Of a DNA stretch of 64,000 nt, positions 37,900-50,817 are shown piece by piece. The stretch covers positions 10,168,001-10,232,000 of the forward strand of contig CM075990.1 in the NCBI GenBank assembly GCA_038087875.1, written 5' to 3'. Positions within the stretch are counted from its first letter, which is position 1; each line of letters opens with the position of its first letter. The position numbers were made by a program, and so were the translations under genes. This DNA comes from Malacoraja senta (lineage: Eukaryota). The notes under the pieces were generated by a model, which did no database searches, was not told where the DNA came from, and worked only from the letters and a program-made list of their open reading frames with translations.

Positions 37900-38450
37900 T
37901 CAAAGGAACAAAGACACCTTAGAGATGAATAAAAGAGCAGGACAGGCCAATAAGGTGGTTGAAAAGACATGTGGGAAACTTTACTAGCAGAAGCAAAGGG
38001 TACAAGGGCAGAATAGTTATGCTAGAACTATACACAGTGACAGCTTGGGTACTAATCTGTACAGATCTGTTCACCACATTACAGGAATAAGGCAATCGCA
38101 GGATATGGAGAAGATTTCCGAAGATGTTGCCAGGTCTGGAAAATAGTTGCTGTGGGAAAAGTTTGAATGAAATAAGGTTGATTCCTTTCGAAAAGTAATT
38201 GGGGGAAGACTTAACTGAGACTAAATTATGAGTAATCTAGAAAACGTAGAAAGGCAAGACTTGCTTACCTTACCACAAGATTCAAGAAAAGGGGGCAATC
38301 GATGTGAAATTTTTGAAGAAGGTTGTTAAAGAAAATCATTTCATCAAGAGGATGGTTGGTGATTCAACCAAGTGTCTGAAAGGATGCTCATCACTTTTAA
38401 GATGAAGAGCAAACGGGCTGAGTGGCCTCTCATTTTATGATTCTATGAAT
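37900..38450 (+). mobile_element. Old degenerate CR1 ORF2 3' fragment
   Basis: Remnants such as aaggtggttgaaaag, tcaccacattacaggaa, agaagatttccgaagatgttgccaggtctgg, ending atgattctatga; boundaries approximate. Confidence 0.55.
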
Positions 38451-39689
38451 TAGACGCTAAACACCCACTGGATATATATCCTGGGAAAAAGTCTGCTAAG
38501 ATTTCATCATGTTTCATACAGTCTCAGTTATCCTGTGTTCTTGATTGTACCAGCAATTATTTTAAAGTAGTATTAAATTAATACTACTGAGGTGAACGAA
38601 AGAGTAAACTTCTTCAAGTATCAGCAGTTTGTACGAGGAGTTCTGTAGGACTAGGTATGTAACCAAGTCTCAGTGCTTTCACCAAACTAGAAATAAACAG
38701 AAGAAAATGACTGCCAAGTTTTGGAGTAGGATACGGGAATAGAATTCTACACACACACTTTGAAAATACCAAAAAATAAAGCCAAAATTAGACTGGCATG
38801 TTATGAAGAATTTGTTCCACTTTCTTTTCTACACACTGACCACAATAAAGGGACCAACTCAAGGATTGTAGATGGTATAGGGGACCTTATGGATGGTGGG
38901 CGCCATTTTTGAAGGTGCCTGGTTTCTGAAGGGCTTCACTCACTGCACCCATTTTGCTGTCAAAATGTTCCCAAAGGAGATCGCCAGACCAAATATACTG
39001 CTTTTTCCTTTTAAAAATACTAATATATAATTTTTGGTTCATGCTGGCTCCATCAAGTTATTGCTGCATTTCACATTTACACATTTTTATTTTTCAGAAT
39101 TATTTACAAGGTCCAACTTTAAACGTCATGACAAGTTCTGATGATGGGAGAATGATTACGATAATTAAAACATCATTTCTTTTGGGCCTTCGACATATTT
39201 TACAACTGTCTTTCTCACCTCTCCTCAAAATGGCTCCGTTAAGTTGAATCAACAACCGTACTATAATCAGGAGCAGATAATTTTGACCAAAGAAGGGAAG
39301 GTTACCGCAGGTAAAACTTTTATCTTGCCTATCCTTGCATTTCATTATCACCATCAAATCATCTAGTTTACACTATACTTGCTAACCATCCTCCCACCCC
39401 CAAACCCCCTGGTGCCTTAAATAATGTGAGGGGAAATTTCATCCCCTTTCCCATTGGAATGAAGTTTGGCATTTAGAGTTTCTCTGAATCCAATATATGT
39501 GGATGCAAGAGAGAGGAAATGTCATTGCAACCCATGGACTGCATGAAGAGAATAGGGTTGAATTAAAATTTCTGTTCGGGGGTATATCAAACCTAAAAAT
39601 ATGATTATATGGAATATGCAATCCTCAAGTAAGTCACGGTGTCCACATCAAACTATTACCCCTCATGCTCATATTAGCGTAATAATGTC

Positions 39690-39972
39690 ATGGAACAGAG
39701 AAAGAGTCCCACTGTCCATTTAACAATCCTACACAATCCCATTGTTAATCTCCCCACATTCCACCAGAATTCACCACTCACCTACATACTAGTAGCACTT
39801 TACGATGGCCAGTTAATCCAACCTGCACATTTTTGACTTGTGGGAGGAAACCAAACCAAAGGGTTCAAAAGAAACCCTGGTCACAGTGAACGTGCAAACT
39901 CCACATAGACACCATTGGATTGACCCCGGGTCAATGAAGCTCTAACTCTACCAACTGCAATACATGCCAGCC
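39690..39972 (-). mobile_element. Degenerate V-SINE/HE1-like copy
   Basis: tgtgggaggaaacc...gtcacagtgaacgtgcaaactccacatagaca...gaccccgggtc...aactctacc. Confidence 0.65.
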
Positions 39973-41390
39973 TTCATTTGAAATACTTTGGGAAAAGCTC
40001 TAAAGGACCAACAGTGCTTTTAATAGTAGTTTGCCTTTTGATCAAAGTAAGGCCACTTTCTTATGCTGCATCTCTTTCATATGGCGTCAGTATCAAAAAC
40101 AGTAGTGGTAGCCACAGTCTCTCCGTGAACAATGGAGATTAATTGGTCAGCTTCTCTGTCGTCCCTATCACATTCTTCATTGTACAAAGGGATGAAGCTT
40201 TTTAAGAGGTGTTTCAACATCTAATTTTCTCTTCCATAAATTTGTGTTCCACAAATTGGTCTCTCAGGCTTATTGAATTATAAATTTTGTAGACCATCTG
40301 AGAAGTTCCAATTTCAACGCACGTTGAATTCAAAGGGAACAGTAAGTTAGTAGGACAGTGATTTAGTGGCAACAATCATAGTCTTAATACATCATGCAAT
40401 GTAGGGGTCAGTGTTAAAGTAACTTCTCCTCCATTTGGAGAAACAGCTTTACTTTGGAAAAGTTGTAAAACATTTTTTGGAACAAAAAAATGAAAAGCTA
40501 TTGAAAGGAAAAGAAGTGTGTGGAACAAAAGGGAAAACCAAGTAAGCAGGGAACTGATTTGGCAAGTTTTCTTTACAAATTGGAAACAATGTCTGCAACC
40601 AAAGGTGATTTGCAGTCATGAAGAAACTACTTCCAGAAAATTAAATGAGCAAGATTCACTTTCTCCTCCAAGGGCACAATGTGCATCAGGGATGCAGTGA
40701 ATGATCAGTTCTTCTTAAAGAGATTGATGAACTGAAATCGCTGCCAGAAAGTCACATACTGAGGGGGAATTCACTGGAAATAGGAAGGAAACACAATGGA
40801 ATTCAGAACGCAACATTTAGGAACATGTTGTTGATGGAAAAGTAAATGGCAAAAGTATTGAGCTGCCAAGTCTGGCCTGATGGAGCAATCAAAGGGAAAT
40901 GAGATAATCCTGAGCACAACTTTGGTGGGAGGTCTTCGGTAGAAAATGTTGTTCATTGACCGTAGCTGAATTATATTTACCTACTAGGCCATGGGAATGG
41001 GGGAAGGGCACAAAACAAAATGGTAAAAACAAAAATTGATTTCATTTTGTTTTGTTTATCTAACTTAAAGATTGTAAAGAATAAGTTCCAGCGAAGTTCC
41101 AATCATTACCTAATGAAAGTATGATTACACAAGTAGTTGCTCCAGTGACAACTAATTAGGTGTGTTACTGACTCCAGAACTATATTCTCAATTATATTCA
41201 CTTATTTTTATTTCCACTGCACTTAAACCACAAAACCAGTGCAACACTAAAACCACTGCAATTTTTAGATTAAACAGAATGAAGTGTCCGTTCTACCCAA
41301 TGGTCACTCAAACAAGTATTTAGTGGTACTATTAACGTACTACTGGAAATACAAATGAGGGACAAGGTTCCCTTTCCTTGCATGACTCAC

Positions 41391-41417
41391 CTCGTCACCA
41401 GGTTCCCCCTTTAGACC
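41391..41417 (-). CDS. Collagen exon, 27 nt: GLKGEPGDE
   Basis: gtgactgcccag|GGTCTA...GACGAG|gtgagt; resembles the COL13A1 alternative exon GVKGQPGEK. Confidence 0.88.
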
Positions 41418-42878
41418 CTGGGCAGTCACAGCAAACACAGCATGCAGAAGTAAAGGAGAGACACAAATAGAGGATTAGTATTAGACCAACAAAAGTACTT
41501 ATCAGCATCTTTATAAAGTGACCTTCTTAAAGTCGTCAGGAGCCAGAGTCTGCAACTGTGCATCAGAGCACACTCAAGCAACAAGCAAGCAGCACAGCAA
41601 GAGATTACACCTTTAATAATCTTCAGGTCTGCACTGAGTGAAATAAGTTGCTTTTAGCAAGAGAAAAATATCATAATGGGATAACTGAAAGATAAATTCC
41701 GCAGTTAAAAGCAAACCTTCCAGGGATGAAAATTTAGCATTCCAATACTAGATCCCCATTGAATCTTATGAGATTTGGCTCCACAATGTCACTGGTGATG
41801 ATCAAGGACCAAGGGGCACTACTGTTCTAACCAGGATTGGACCTTTGAATGGGTGAATGAGGAGAGGGGAAAGCAGGCTTGGGTCTATCAACCACACAAC
41901 AATTGAATCCATTCAGAATCTTTGGTGTGACCCGCTGAGTTACTCCAACATTTTGTGTCTATCTTCGACATAAACCAGCATCTTCAGTTCCTTCCTACAC
42001 ATAGAATCTTTAGACTACTGTCCCCACAATTTGCATCCACAGAATGCAATGAGCATCTGGTAAAACAAACCCACTGCTGGCTGCCACTGATACAAGTGTA
42101 TGGTACAGGCTACGGCTGGGACGTGCCTTGCTTTTTGGACAACTAAATAACCACATGTTATCCTTTAAAGTAGCAAGTATTATCTTTATAAAGTGAGGAT
42201 TGTATCACCATTTCCCACATGGCCGATTCCAGAGTAATTCTTCTTTTCTCTCTCTGTGTGCACACTGTTCTGTTGTACTATAAAGGTGGAAGTGTAAAGC
42301 ACATAGAGATCGAGACGGATTAAGGTCTTGTAGTACCAAAGGACCTATCTGTGGGAGGATGGGAGAACGGCAAATGGAAACAACATCTCTTTTTAGCACA
42401 GCTTAAACTTCTGATCAGAAGGGATGTATTCTCCACTGTCCATGGAAAAGATTGCAAACCATTAATCTACCTGAATATTATGCGACAGGACAGGAGCAAA
42501 AAAAAAAATGTTTTTAATTGCCGCATGCCTGTGGACCAAACTCCTGAGTCCGTTGAGCAGTTTGTATTGAAATGCCTCAAAATTCATACACAAAGAGTTA
42601 TTTTGGGGTGTATGTTATTGAGATCCTACAGTCATGGTACGTATACAAGGACCAACCAACAGTAATTGACAGGATGAATGAGCTGCTAATTTTTATTTTT
42701 ATTGTGCTGGTTGAAGGAGGAAACTTGAGTAGAATGAGACTGGATTCTGATTACGCTCAAATATTCCATTGAAGTCTTTGCTTCAATGGAATATTTACCA
42801 TCAGGCTATTAAATACTACAACCTCCATGTATGCTCTGAACTACATAGATTTGGGGCATTGGTTTGTCTTTTTGACCT

Positions 42879-43082
42879 NNNNNNNNNNNNNNNNNNNNNN
42901 NNNNNNNNNNNNNNNNNNNNNNNNNNNNNNNNNNNNNNNNNNNNNNNNNNNNNNNNNNNNNNNNNNNNNNNNNNNNNNNNNNNNNNNNNNNNNNNNNNNN
43001 NNNNNNNNNNNNNNNNNNNNNNNNNNNNNNNNNNNNNNNNNNNNNNNNNNNNNNNNNNNNNNNNNNNNNNNNNNNNNNNNNN
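42879..43082. other. Assembly gap (204 N)
   Basis: Run of n; its right edge abuts a LINE-tail repeat. Confidence 1.
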
Positions 43083-43722
43083 TGTATATTTGTTTTTCTC
43101 GTTTATTATCTTGTTTACAGTGTACTATGATTACATATTCTGTTGCGCTGCTGCAAGTAAGAATTTAATATGACATATGACAATAAAACACTCTTGGCTC
43201 TTGACTTGACTTGATTCTTACTATCCATCAGAGGAGATTCGCTGCAGTTTGGTTTATTAGCTCAGCTGGAGGAAGGCATTTCTGTAAATGAAGCACTCTC
43301 TCAGTACTGCACAAAAGTGTTAGCCTGGATTATGCTTCTGAGGTGGAGTGAATATATGACGTTGTGTTCTGAGGGTTGATTTTCCAACCCATTGAGGCAA
43401 GGTAATACTAATTATAATAACCATGAGATGTGACATATTAGACCAAATTAATAGTCTGCATTGGTGTCCTCACTTTTTGGTTCTTGTTAAAGAACCTTTT
43501 CTTCATTATTCAAGGTGTAATCTTCAGGCATAGTTGTGAATTTAGGGCATCTTTCCAACCATTTTTTGCTTTTTTTTGTGAAGTTACAGACACTTGGCTT
43601 CAATAAGGGTGTGCTTGCAGAAATAAAATATAATCTTAAAATATTCTTAGTATCATGGATATGCAGATCAGGTGTGGGACCCCTTTACTGAGTGTCTGAC
43701 AAAATGCCTAAATTATTCTAAT

Positions 43723-43816
43723 GTTTAAGAAGGAACTGCAGATGCTGGAAAATCGAAGGTAGACAAAAAAGCTGGAGAAACTCAGCGGGCGAGGCAGCAT
43801 CTATGGAGCGAAGGCG
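43723..43816 (-). mobile_element. 94-bp Penelope-derived terminal fragment with a perfect 11-bp TSD
   Basis: attattctaat at 43712-43722 and 43817-43827 flanks gtttaagaaggaactgcagatgctgg...agcatctatggagcgaaggcg. Confidence 0.85.
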
Positions 43817-45089
43817 ATTATTCTAATTATTTCTTTTAATTGTAAGAGTCATTCATACTTGAAATAGATTTCCAGTCTGAGAAAAGTTTACAGCCTGAAA
43901 TATCTGTCTATTTCCCTCTATAGATGCTGCTTACCCATTGAGTTACTCCAGCCATTACTTTTGTGTTCAATATTTCAGCATCTGCAATCTCTTGAATCTC
44001 CAAAATGATTGATGGAGGTGAAATATTAAAAGCCACAATATACTGGGACCTTCACTCCTTTCTCACATATTTGTATATGTTCTGGTTTCCTCCCACAACC
44101 CAGTAATGTACTGGCTGGTCACTCTAAGATGCTCCCAGTGAAAGTGGGTGGAAGGACAATCGAGGTGGAGTAGATGGCCTTGTGAGAGAGAATAGGTTGT
44201 ACAAATACAAGATTAGGAATGAGATTGATGAGGTTGCTGTAAGAGGCAGCCTCAACCTAATGGGTTGAATAGCTGTATCCATGTCGCATGGGAGGTATGA
44301 AAAATAAATCCATTAATGTTATCTTGCAGTGTTACCTGCCATAAAATCTCATCATGTGAATTGATGCAAAGTTCTACTTGATAGTAGTGCTATGAAGTGC
44401 TTTGGGATATATTATGTTAAAAATTGTTAAAATAAATGTGTGAGAGGTTGGAGAAGCTTGTGAGTTCATTCTGAATGGGTAAACTAGGAGGGAACAAATG
44501 GCTTCCTCCATTCTTAATTACCTCAGATACTATGGCCTATATTCATCCTCAGTATAACAAAGCTTCACTCCAATGCCTCCAATTATTTTCATGATGTATC
44601 AAACTCAGATGAAGATCCACAGTGCAATTGGCCTCCATTATTAAGCTCTATACTTCATAATGAAGTAATCAAATGAAACATCTACTCCTAAAATATCTTA
44701 ATTTTGATTAATTTGAAATGCCTTGAGATATTTTAATGCATTAAAGATTTTCCAGGTCATTGCAGTTGATATGTGTAAGTCCCAAACCTGCCCTTTGCAG
44801 CTCTGTCGAGTTTGTGAAACATTCCATAATCTGTTAAACTTAAAACTGCTCACATCATTGCACTACATGCCAACAGTAATAAGCACACAGCCAAAACAAA
44901 TTTAGCTATAGCCATGCTCTAAAAAGCACATTTTGTCACATTATAGACGGGGGAGGGCCTGAAAATCAATTTCATCAGTTTGGACTGTGCCAGATTCACA
45001 CAGTGAACTAAGCATATTGTTAGGTTTTATCGGGTTTAAAAATCTAAACCTTCCTGTGGTTTTCCAGGGGACAACATGGGGAAAAGGTT

Positions 45090-45745
45090 TGAGCAGGCAT
45101 TGAAGAAAGCTAATAGCTTGTTGGCCTTCATTGTGAGCGGATTTGAGTTTAGGAGCATGGAGGTCCTACTGCAATTTTTACAGGGCCCTGGTGAGACCAT
45201 ACCTGGAGTATTGTGTGCAATTTTGGTCTCCTAATTTGATGAAGGACATTATTGCTATTGAGGGAATGCAGCGTAGGTTCACCAGGTTAATTCCCGGGAT
45301 GACGGGACTGACATATGATGAAAGAATGGGTCGACTGGGCTTGTATTCACTTAGAATTTAGAAGGATAAGAGGGGATCTTATAGAAACATATAACATTCT
45401 TAAAGGATTGGACAGACTAGATGCAGAAAGTTGGGGGAGTCCAGAACCAGGGGTCACTGTTTAAGAATAAGGGGTAGGCCATTTAGGACTGAGATGAGGA
45501 AAAATGTCGTCATCCAGAGAGTTGTGAATCTGTGGAATTCTCTGCCACAGAAGGCAGTGGAGGACAATTCACTGGATGTTTTCAAGAGAGTTAGGTTTAG
45601 CTGTTACGGCTAAAGGAATTAAGGGATAGGGGGAAAAGTTGGAACGGGGTACTAGTTTTAGACATGATCATATTGAAAGGCAGTGCTGGCTCGAAGGGCC
45701 GAATGGCCTACTCCTGCACCTAATTTCTATGTTTCTATGTTTCTA
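45090..45745 (+). mobile_element. 5'-truncated CR1 LINE
   Basis: LVRPYLEYCVQFWSP..KDIIAIEGMQRRFTRLIPG and RTRGHCLRI..QRVVNLWNSLP (ORFs 45143, 45431); 3' tail (tttctatg)n. Confidence 0.92.
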
Positions 45746-45746
45746 C

Positions 45747-45861
45747 GGTGTAGCTATGGGCACTCGCATGGGCCCTAGCTATGCCTGCCTCTTTGTAGGG
45801 TACGTCAAACAATCCCTGTTCCAGGTATACACTGGCCCTGTCCCCGAACTCTACCTCCGCT
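45747..45861 (+). mobile_element. Penelope reverse transcriptase fragment
   Basis: GVAMGTRMGPSYACLFVGYVKQSLFQVYTGPVPELYLR: the PLE RT motif-B region, ending just before the expected YIDD. Confidence 0.8.
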
Positions 45862-48092
45862 CTCCGACTCATGGAAACACGGTTGGGTATAAAGCCTATC
45901 TATCCCCCATGTGTGTTGGTGTCCATGGTTTCCTAGTTATAGATGCCAGGAAGTCCCAAGCAATGTGTTAAACTTTGTTCATATAATAAAACTCAACCAA
46001 TATTTGCTACCCAACCAAAACATAAATAGTTAAAAATCTACCTTGAAAGACAACACAAAATAGCCTGTTAGCTTTTTTTTTTAGCATCTCTTGAAATGAG
46101 TGCCCACCATTTGAGCAATGGGGAAACCAGTGCTACATAAATCTATCCACACAGATGAGTGAGTATCTCTTTGAAGCATCCAAGTCCCGGAAGATTTTTA
46201 ATACATTCACAGAACAGTGATGTTACTGGCACGGCAAACATTATTCATCATCAATCCCTAAAAGGTAAATCTGCCTTCCAGTGAACACATTTCATACAGC
46301 TTTGCCTTTGACTAATGGGGAATATTATTCTTCATCAGTTAGTTCATTTTATTGGTCATGTTCTGTAAAATAATGCATGATAGCATACGTTAACAGCGGG
46401 GGCAACATGAACAATGCCTTGTTTGTTTCTATCCTTTTGAGGTAGGGGTCCAGTCACTGAGAAATGAGTGCAGTTATGGACTTACTTAAACAAGAAAAAC
46501 AAAGCAGAGTAAGTGCTGCTAATTACAGGAAGCGCTGCTGTGAGCACTTCCTTGTGCCGAGAAAGTGACCCAAAACAAGAAAGACTTAGGGACCTTTCAA
46601 AGTCATCTTTCTAAATAAAAGTGCAATTAGCACAAAGTCTTTCGGTCTATTGCAAGAATGGCTGGAACAATGTTTGTCCACACACTGGGGTTTAATAGTG
46701 GCAGCCTAACCTTGGATGCTTAGTTGATTCCCCTTGGAATTTCCCCATTTAAAGAGCTGGAGAAATAACAATCGCTAATAACAGTTAACAGTCTTTCAGC
46801 CCACACACAGTTGGAACTGATGTCCTTTTTATGTAAGAAGAGAATTAGAGGAGGTTTGCTTATTGTCGCTAAATAGCAACACTGTGATAAATGTACCTTG
46901 TCAACTCAGGGATTCCTAGCCCCTTTAATTGTGTTTTAAAAATATTAAAATGCAGACCAGAAGCATGACAATTAGGTAAGCCAAAGCATTTCCACATCAG
47001 TGAGTCAAAGCCTTAAATAGGCTATTCTTTGTTAGGAACTACCCACAATGTGACTACCTTGAACTATATAGACTTTTCTGTAATATGTGCTCAGAATTAT
47101 AATTTAAATAAAATTATTTTACACATATGTTTATAGATAAATCCTTTATATCATTTTCTGTTTCTTTTAATTTTAGAATTAATCCTAAACTTATAAAAGC
47201 TTGCATGGCAACATTAAGGAAAGTCAGGGATATCAACACCAATGCTGTAAACATCAAGCTAGAAAATGCTCCCGATGAATGAGTCTGCAATGTTGGTTTA
47301 GGTACTGATGGGTTTATATGGTTTTGTATGGGGAAAAATGCTCACCAAACAGCCCATTTAACTAACCATTGCTTCAAAAGCCAAGCGTTTCAATGCAAGA
47401 GGTAGCACATTTTAAAATAAATCGCATCAGAACTCCAAGGCAGCACAGCAATAAACCTCATGAATGCAACAAAAGCCTCATCCAACAAAGAACTTAACCT
47501 AAGGTCCACGTTACATTCATCTTAAAATGTAAAGTATATGCACTGTAATTCACAGTACTGGCTGAAATGCTCCATGCTCCATGCAAAATGGAGCCAAAGT
47601 AATGTGCAAAATGCTCTCAAGAAAAGTGCAGTTAAGTATGACACTGTCAAATAAATGGTTTAAGGCTGCATTATCCTGGGGTCTGAAGCCGAAACAGAAT
47701 TAAATGACCTGTGCAATGTCACTTTAACTAAAGGCTTTTATCTCCATAAACCAGATGTTGTTCTGACCTTTTTAGAAATGTTTACGCAGTGGCTCCCTTG
47801 AGAGAAAAAGACACTTCCAAAAATGGTGCCTTGTTCTTGTTGCAGAGGTTACACACAGGCACAAATGTGCACTAGTTAAAAGATAAAGTAGTTCAATTCA
47901 ATTCGATTTCAGTCGGAAAGGTGGAGGGTGGAAGATGAAGGTAAGGGGAAGGATATTGCAGCTTTAAATTATTTTTATTTGACACTTGATTTACAAACAG
48001 TTGAAATGATGGTTCATTGTGCCTTCAGTGCAAGGTAAGCATCAGATCTATGTAACCACATGGCTAAAATTAGATGCAATAAGTAAACTTAC

Positions 48093-48128
48093 CCTTCTCC
48101 CTGGTAGGCCCATGGATCCTTTGTTTCC
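48093..48128 (-). CDS. Collagen exon, 36 nt: GNKGSMGLPGRR
   Basis: attgattattag|GGAAAC...AGAAGG|gtaagt; resembles COL13A1 GDKGAIGMPGRV. Confidence 0.88.
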
Positions 48129-48795
48129 CTAATAATCAATGTACAGTCAGAACTGCAAAGAAAGAGTTTTTTTTTGCAATTTCACCCAAAAAGCTGCTCA
48201 GCCGCACACGAGAACATCCAGCAAAGACGTGTGCCCCGAAATCACAGAGCAAGCGCTTCAGAATGTATTGCTTGATCACAAAAGCATGAAGGTTTCCCAT
48301 TAGATGCCACTATTGAGAGCTTCACACACCAAACTACCAGACTGCTAGGCCAGGAGTTAAACCTTAGGAAAAGAGCCCTTAATCACAAGAGAAAGCTGGC
48401 AATATGACAACTGTGTGCAAACACCACACCATCAGTTTAAAAAAGTCACCATCCATAGATGTAGCGATAGCCAAGATAATATTTTTTGGGGAGCAGTGTT
48501 TGCAAAACAGTTAAGTAGCTTGATGAAGATGATGTGGATTTTTAATTTCTGGGATATCAATCATTTCTGAAATGAAATTATTCATCCCAAATGAAGTTTT
48601 TTTTTTCTGTTACATTAAGGAGAAAATAGAGTACATGATTTAATTATTAGGATTCAGGGGGAGTGGATAGAAGTTATCAAAAGGCAAGCTTCAGTGTGTA
48701 GCAGGAGATAGACACAGACTGTTAAAACAAAGCAGATAAGTGCAAACACAGAGTTAGGATTAGACAGGAGAGGGGTGCAGTTTAAGGCTATTTAC

Positions 48796-48822
48796 CGGAA
48801 AGCCTGATCTTCCTGGAGATCC
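48796..48822 (-). CDS. Collagen exon, 27 nt: GSPGRSGFP
   Basis: ttttgtccttttcag|GGATCT...TTTCCG|gtaaat; three Gly-X-Y triplets. Confidence 0.9.
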
Positions 48823-49172
48823 CTGAAAAGGACAAAAATCAGTAGAAAAGGGAGAAAAATGAACATATTATATACACAGCACAACAAGCCAGAGGGATAA
48901 AGCTGACTTGATTAATTTTAACTTTTATAAAGTATGAAATTTAAAAGTGCATTGGTTCAAAAGCTAGAGATCTATTCACTGGTTTGAAAGAATAACAACC
49001 AATGTAAATTCTGCAAGGACTAAGGAAACAGTTATGACAACACTGCAAAGATTTAGCAGAAATAGGTTAATATCTAAAGTCTAGTTCGCCATAGAGAAGA
49101 TAAAAGACAGACACTTTTTTTTTTTTGACCCAACCTGTTCTCTTGGGCACTACTAGCGTTTCGTGTACTTAC

Positions 49173-49180
49173 ACCAGGCC
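49173..49180 (-). CDS. Collagen 8-nt microexon GGCCTGGT, phase 1-0: (G)PG
   Basis: Long pyrimidine tract ctttttcccttcttttcttgtgttcacag|GGCCTGGT|gtaagtac with a consensus donor. It exactly converts the phase-1 end of the 45-nt exon to the phase-0 start of the next exon. Confidence 0.85.
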
Positions 49181-50147
49181 CTGTGAACACAAGAAAAGAA
49201 GGGAAAAAGCAGATTATTTTTCAGTGGCGTTCACTACAGAATTAATATAAGTTTCATCAATGATTTAATTCTCTGGACTAGTGACAAACTACAGAAACTG
49301 CATTACATTTCAGATGCATATTTGAGCAAAGGAAAGAGTTCTCTATGTAGAAATAAAATTAGATGACATCGTTTGTGTCTGTTTCTTTATACACAGTCAG
49401 AAAATAAAATCACATTTTCGGTTTGTTTTAAAGTGTTTGCCTCCATCTCCCACCAATTAGGAAAATTGAGCCAAACGACACCTGTCACAATTCAACTGAA
49501 CACAATGTTATTTCCTGGAAATCAATGTGTACACTGCCCATTCATTACTTACCACAGTAAAGTGAGTCAAAAATTGTGAATTACGACCTGACTAACTAAC
49601 TGACAGTTCAACAAGTATATCAACCTTAAAGTAGTGAACTCTATGCAACTTAGAGTGCCCCCAATAATATTATCTTTATGCGTTAAAATGTATCCTGCAA
49701 TTTCTATTTATATAAACTGTTATTGCCACAGTCCTCGGTAACGATTGTGGTTCCTGGGAATTGCAAACTGCTGCCATTAAACAGCTGGGCTCATTGCCCA
49801 GGGATGTTGTGATCTTCCCCGGATATCCATGTGCCATTATCCTCCCTGCAATTCCAGCATCTCATTCCTTTTCTTGCAAGTAATATCCATCCCTGTTCTT
49901 CCACTCTCTGTTTTTTAACTCCCTGCATCAGCACCGACCCGCATCTGGGCAAATGGGATGACGGTAAAAGGGCTAAACAGTCGGCATGGATGTGATGAGC
50001 CGAAGGGCCCATATCTGTGGTGTACAACTCCACAGGCTCATTTCCAAGGCACACGGCAAAAGTGCCACTGTTGCTGTCTGTCCATTAGGTGGCAGTGTCT
50101 GTGAAACACACACTTGGGTTATAATGTGGGACACAAGGACTGGTCTG

Positions 50148-50817
50148 TAAAAAAAAGGCACAAAGTGCTGAAGTGGAACCCATGCTTGTAGGTTGGTTAC
50201 TTAGAGTTGGAGAATTCAATGGTTATTCCCTTAGGTTGTAAGCTGCCCAAGCAAAATGTGAGGTGCTGTTCCTCCAGTTTGAGTGTGGCCTCTCTCTGGC
50301 AATGAAAGAGGCCCTGGACATAAAGGTTGGTATGGGGATGGGAAGGGAAGTTAAAGTGGCTAGCAACCAGGAGATCCAGCAGGACTTGGCAAACAAATGT
50401 TTGGCGAAAGTCATCCAGTCTACGCTTGGTCGCACCAATGTAAAGGAGGCTACACCCGGAGCACTGAATGCAGTAGATGAGGTTAGAGGACATGCGCACA
50501 TTTCTCCCCTTCCCTCTCCCCCCCCCCCCCCCATCCCCTTCCACATATTTCTTCCTCTGGCTTCACAATTCGCAACTCTTTTATCCTATTTTTGTATTTT
50601 CATCTCTGGCCTTTGTCCAACCATCTGCCAATCAACCCCTCCACCTGTGTCCACCTCTCACTTGTCAGGGTGATTCTTGCCCCCACTCCACTTCAAGCTT
50701 TCATCCCTGCTTTCACCCACCACAATCAGACTAAAGAAAGGTCTAAACCCAAAATGTCACCTATCCATGTTCTCCAGAAACGCTGCTTGACCTACTGAGT
50801 TACTCCAGCACTTTGTA
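50148..50817. mobile_element. Rearranged Penelope-like element (GIY-YIG on -, UTR/terminus on +)
   Basis: 50197-50495 (-) encodes SSNLIYCIQCSGCSLLYIGATKRRL...VASHFNFPSH...EEQHLTFCLGSLQPKGITIEFSN. About 50505-50817 (+) is the 3' UTR plus terminal module. Inverted termini acaaagtgctg / cagcactttgt. Confidence 0.85.

Noticed and set aside
41010-41055. 13-bp perfect inverted repeat acaaaacaaaatg / cattttgttttgt
   Set aside because: Low-complexity A/T-run sequence, plausible by chance.
42879-43082. Gap hiding a collagen exon
   Set aside because: The flanking exons join in frame and in the expected order, and the gap abuts a repeat tail. A hidden exon cannot be fully excluded but nothing supports one.
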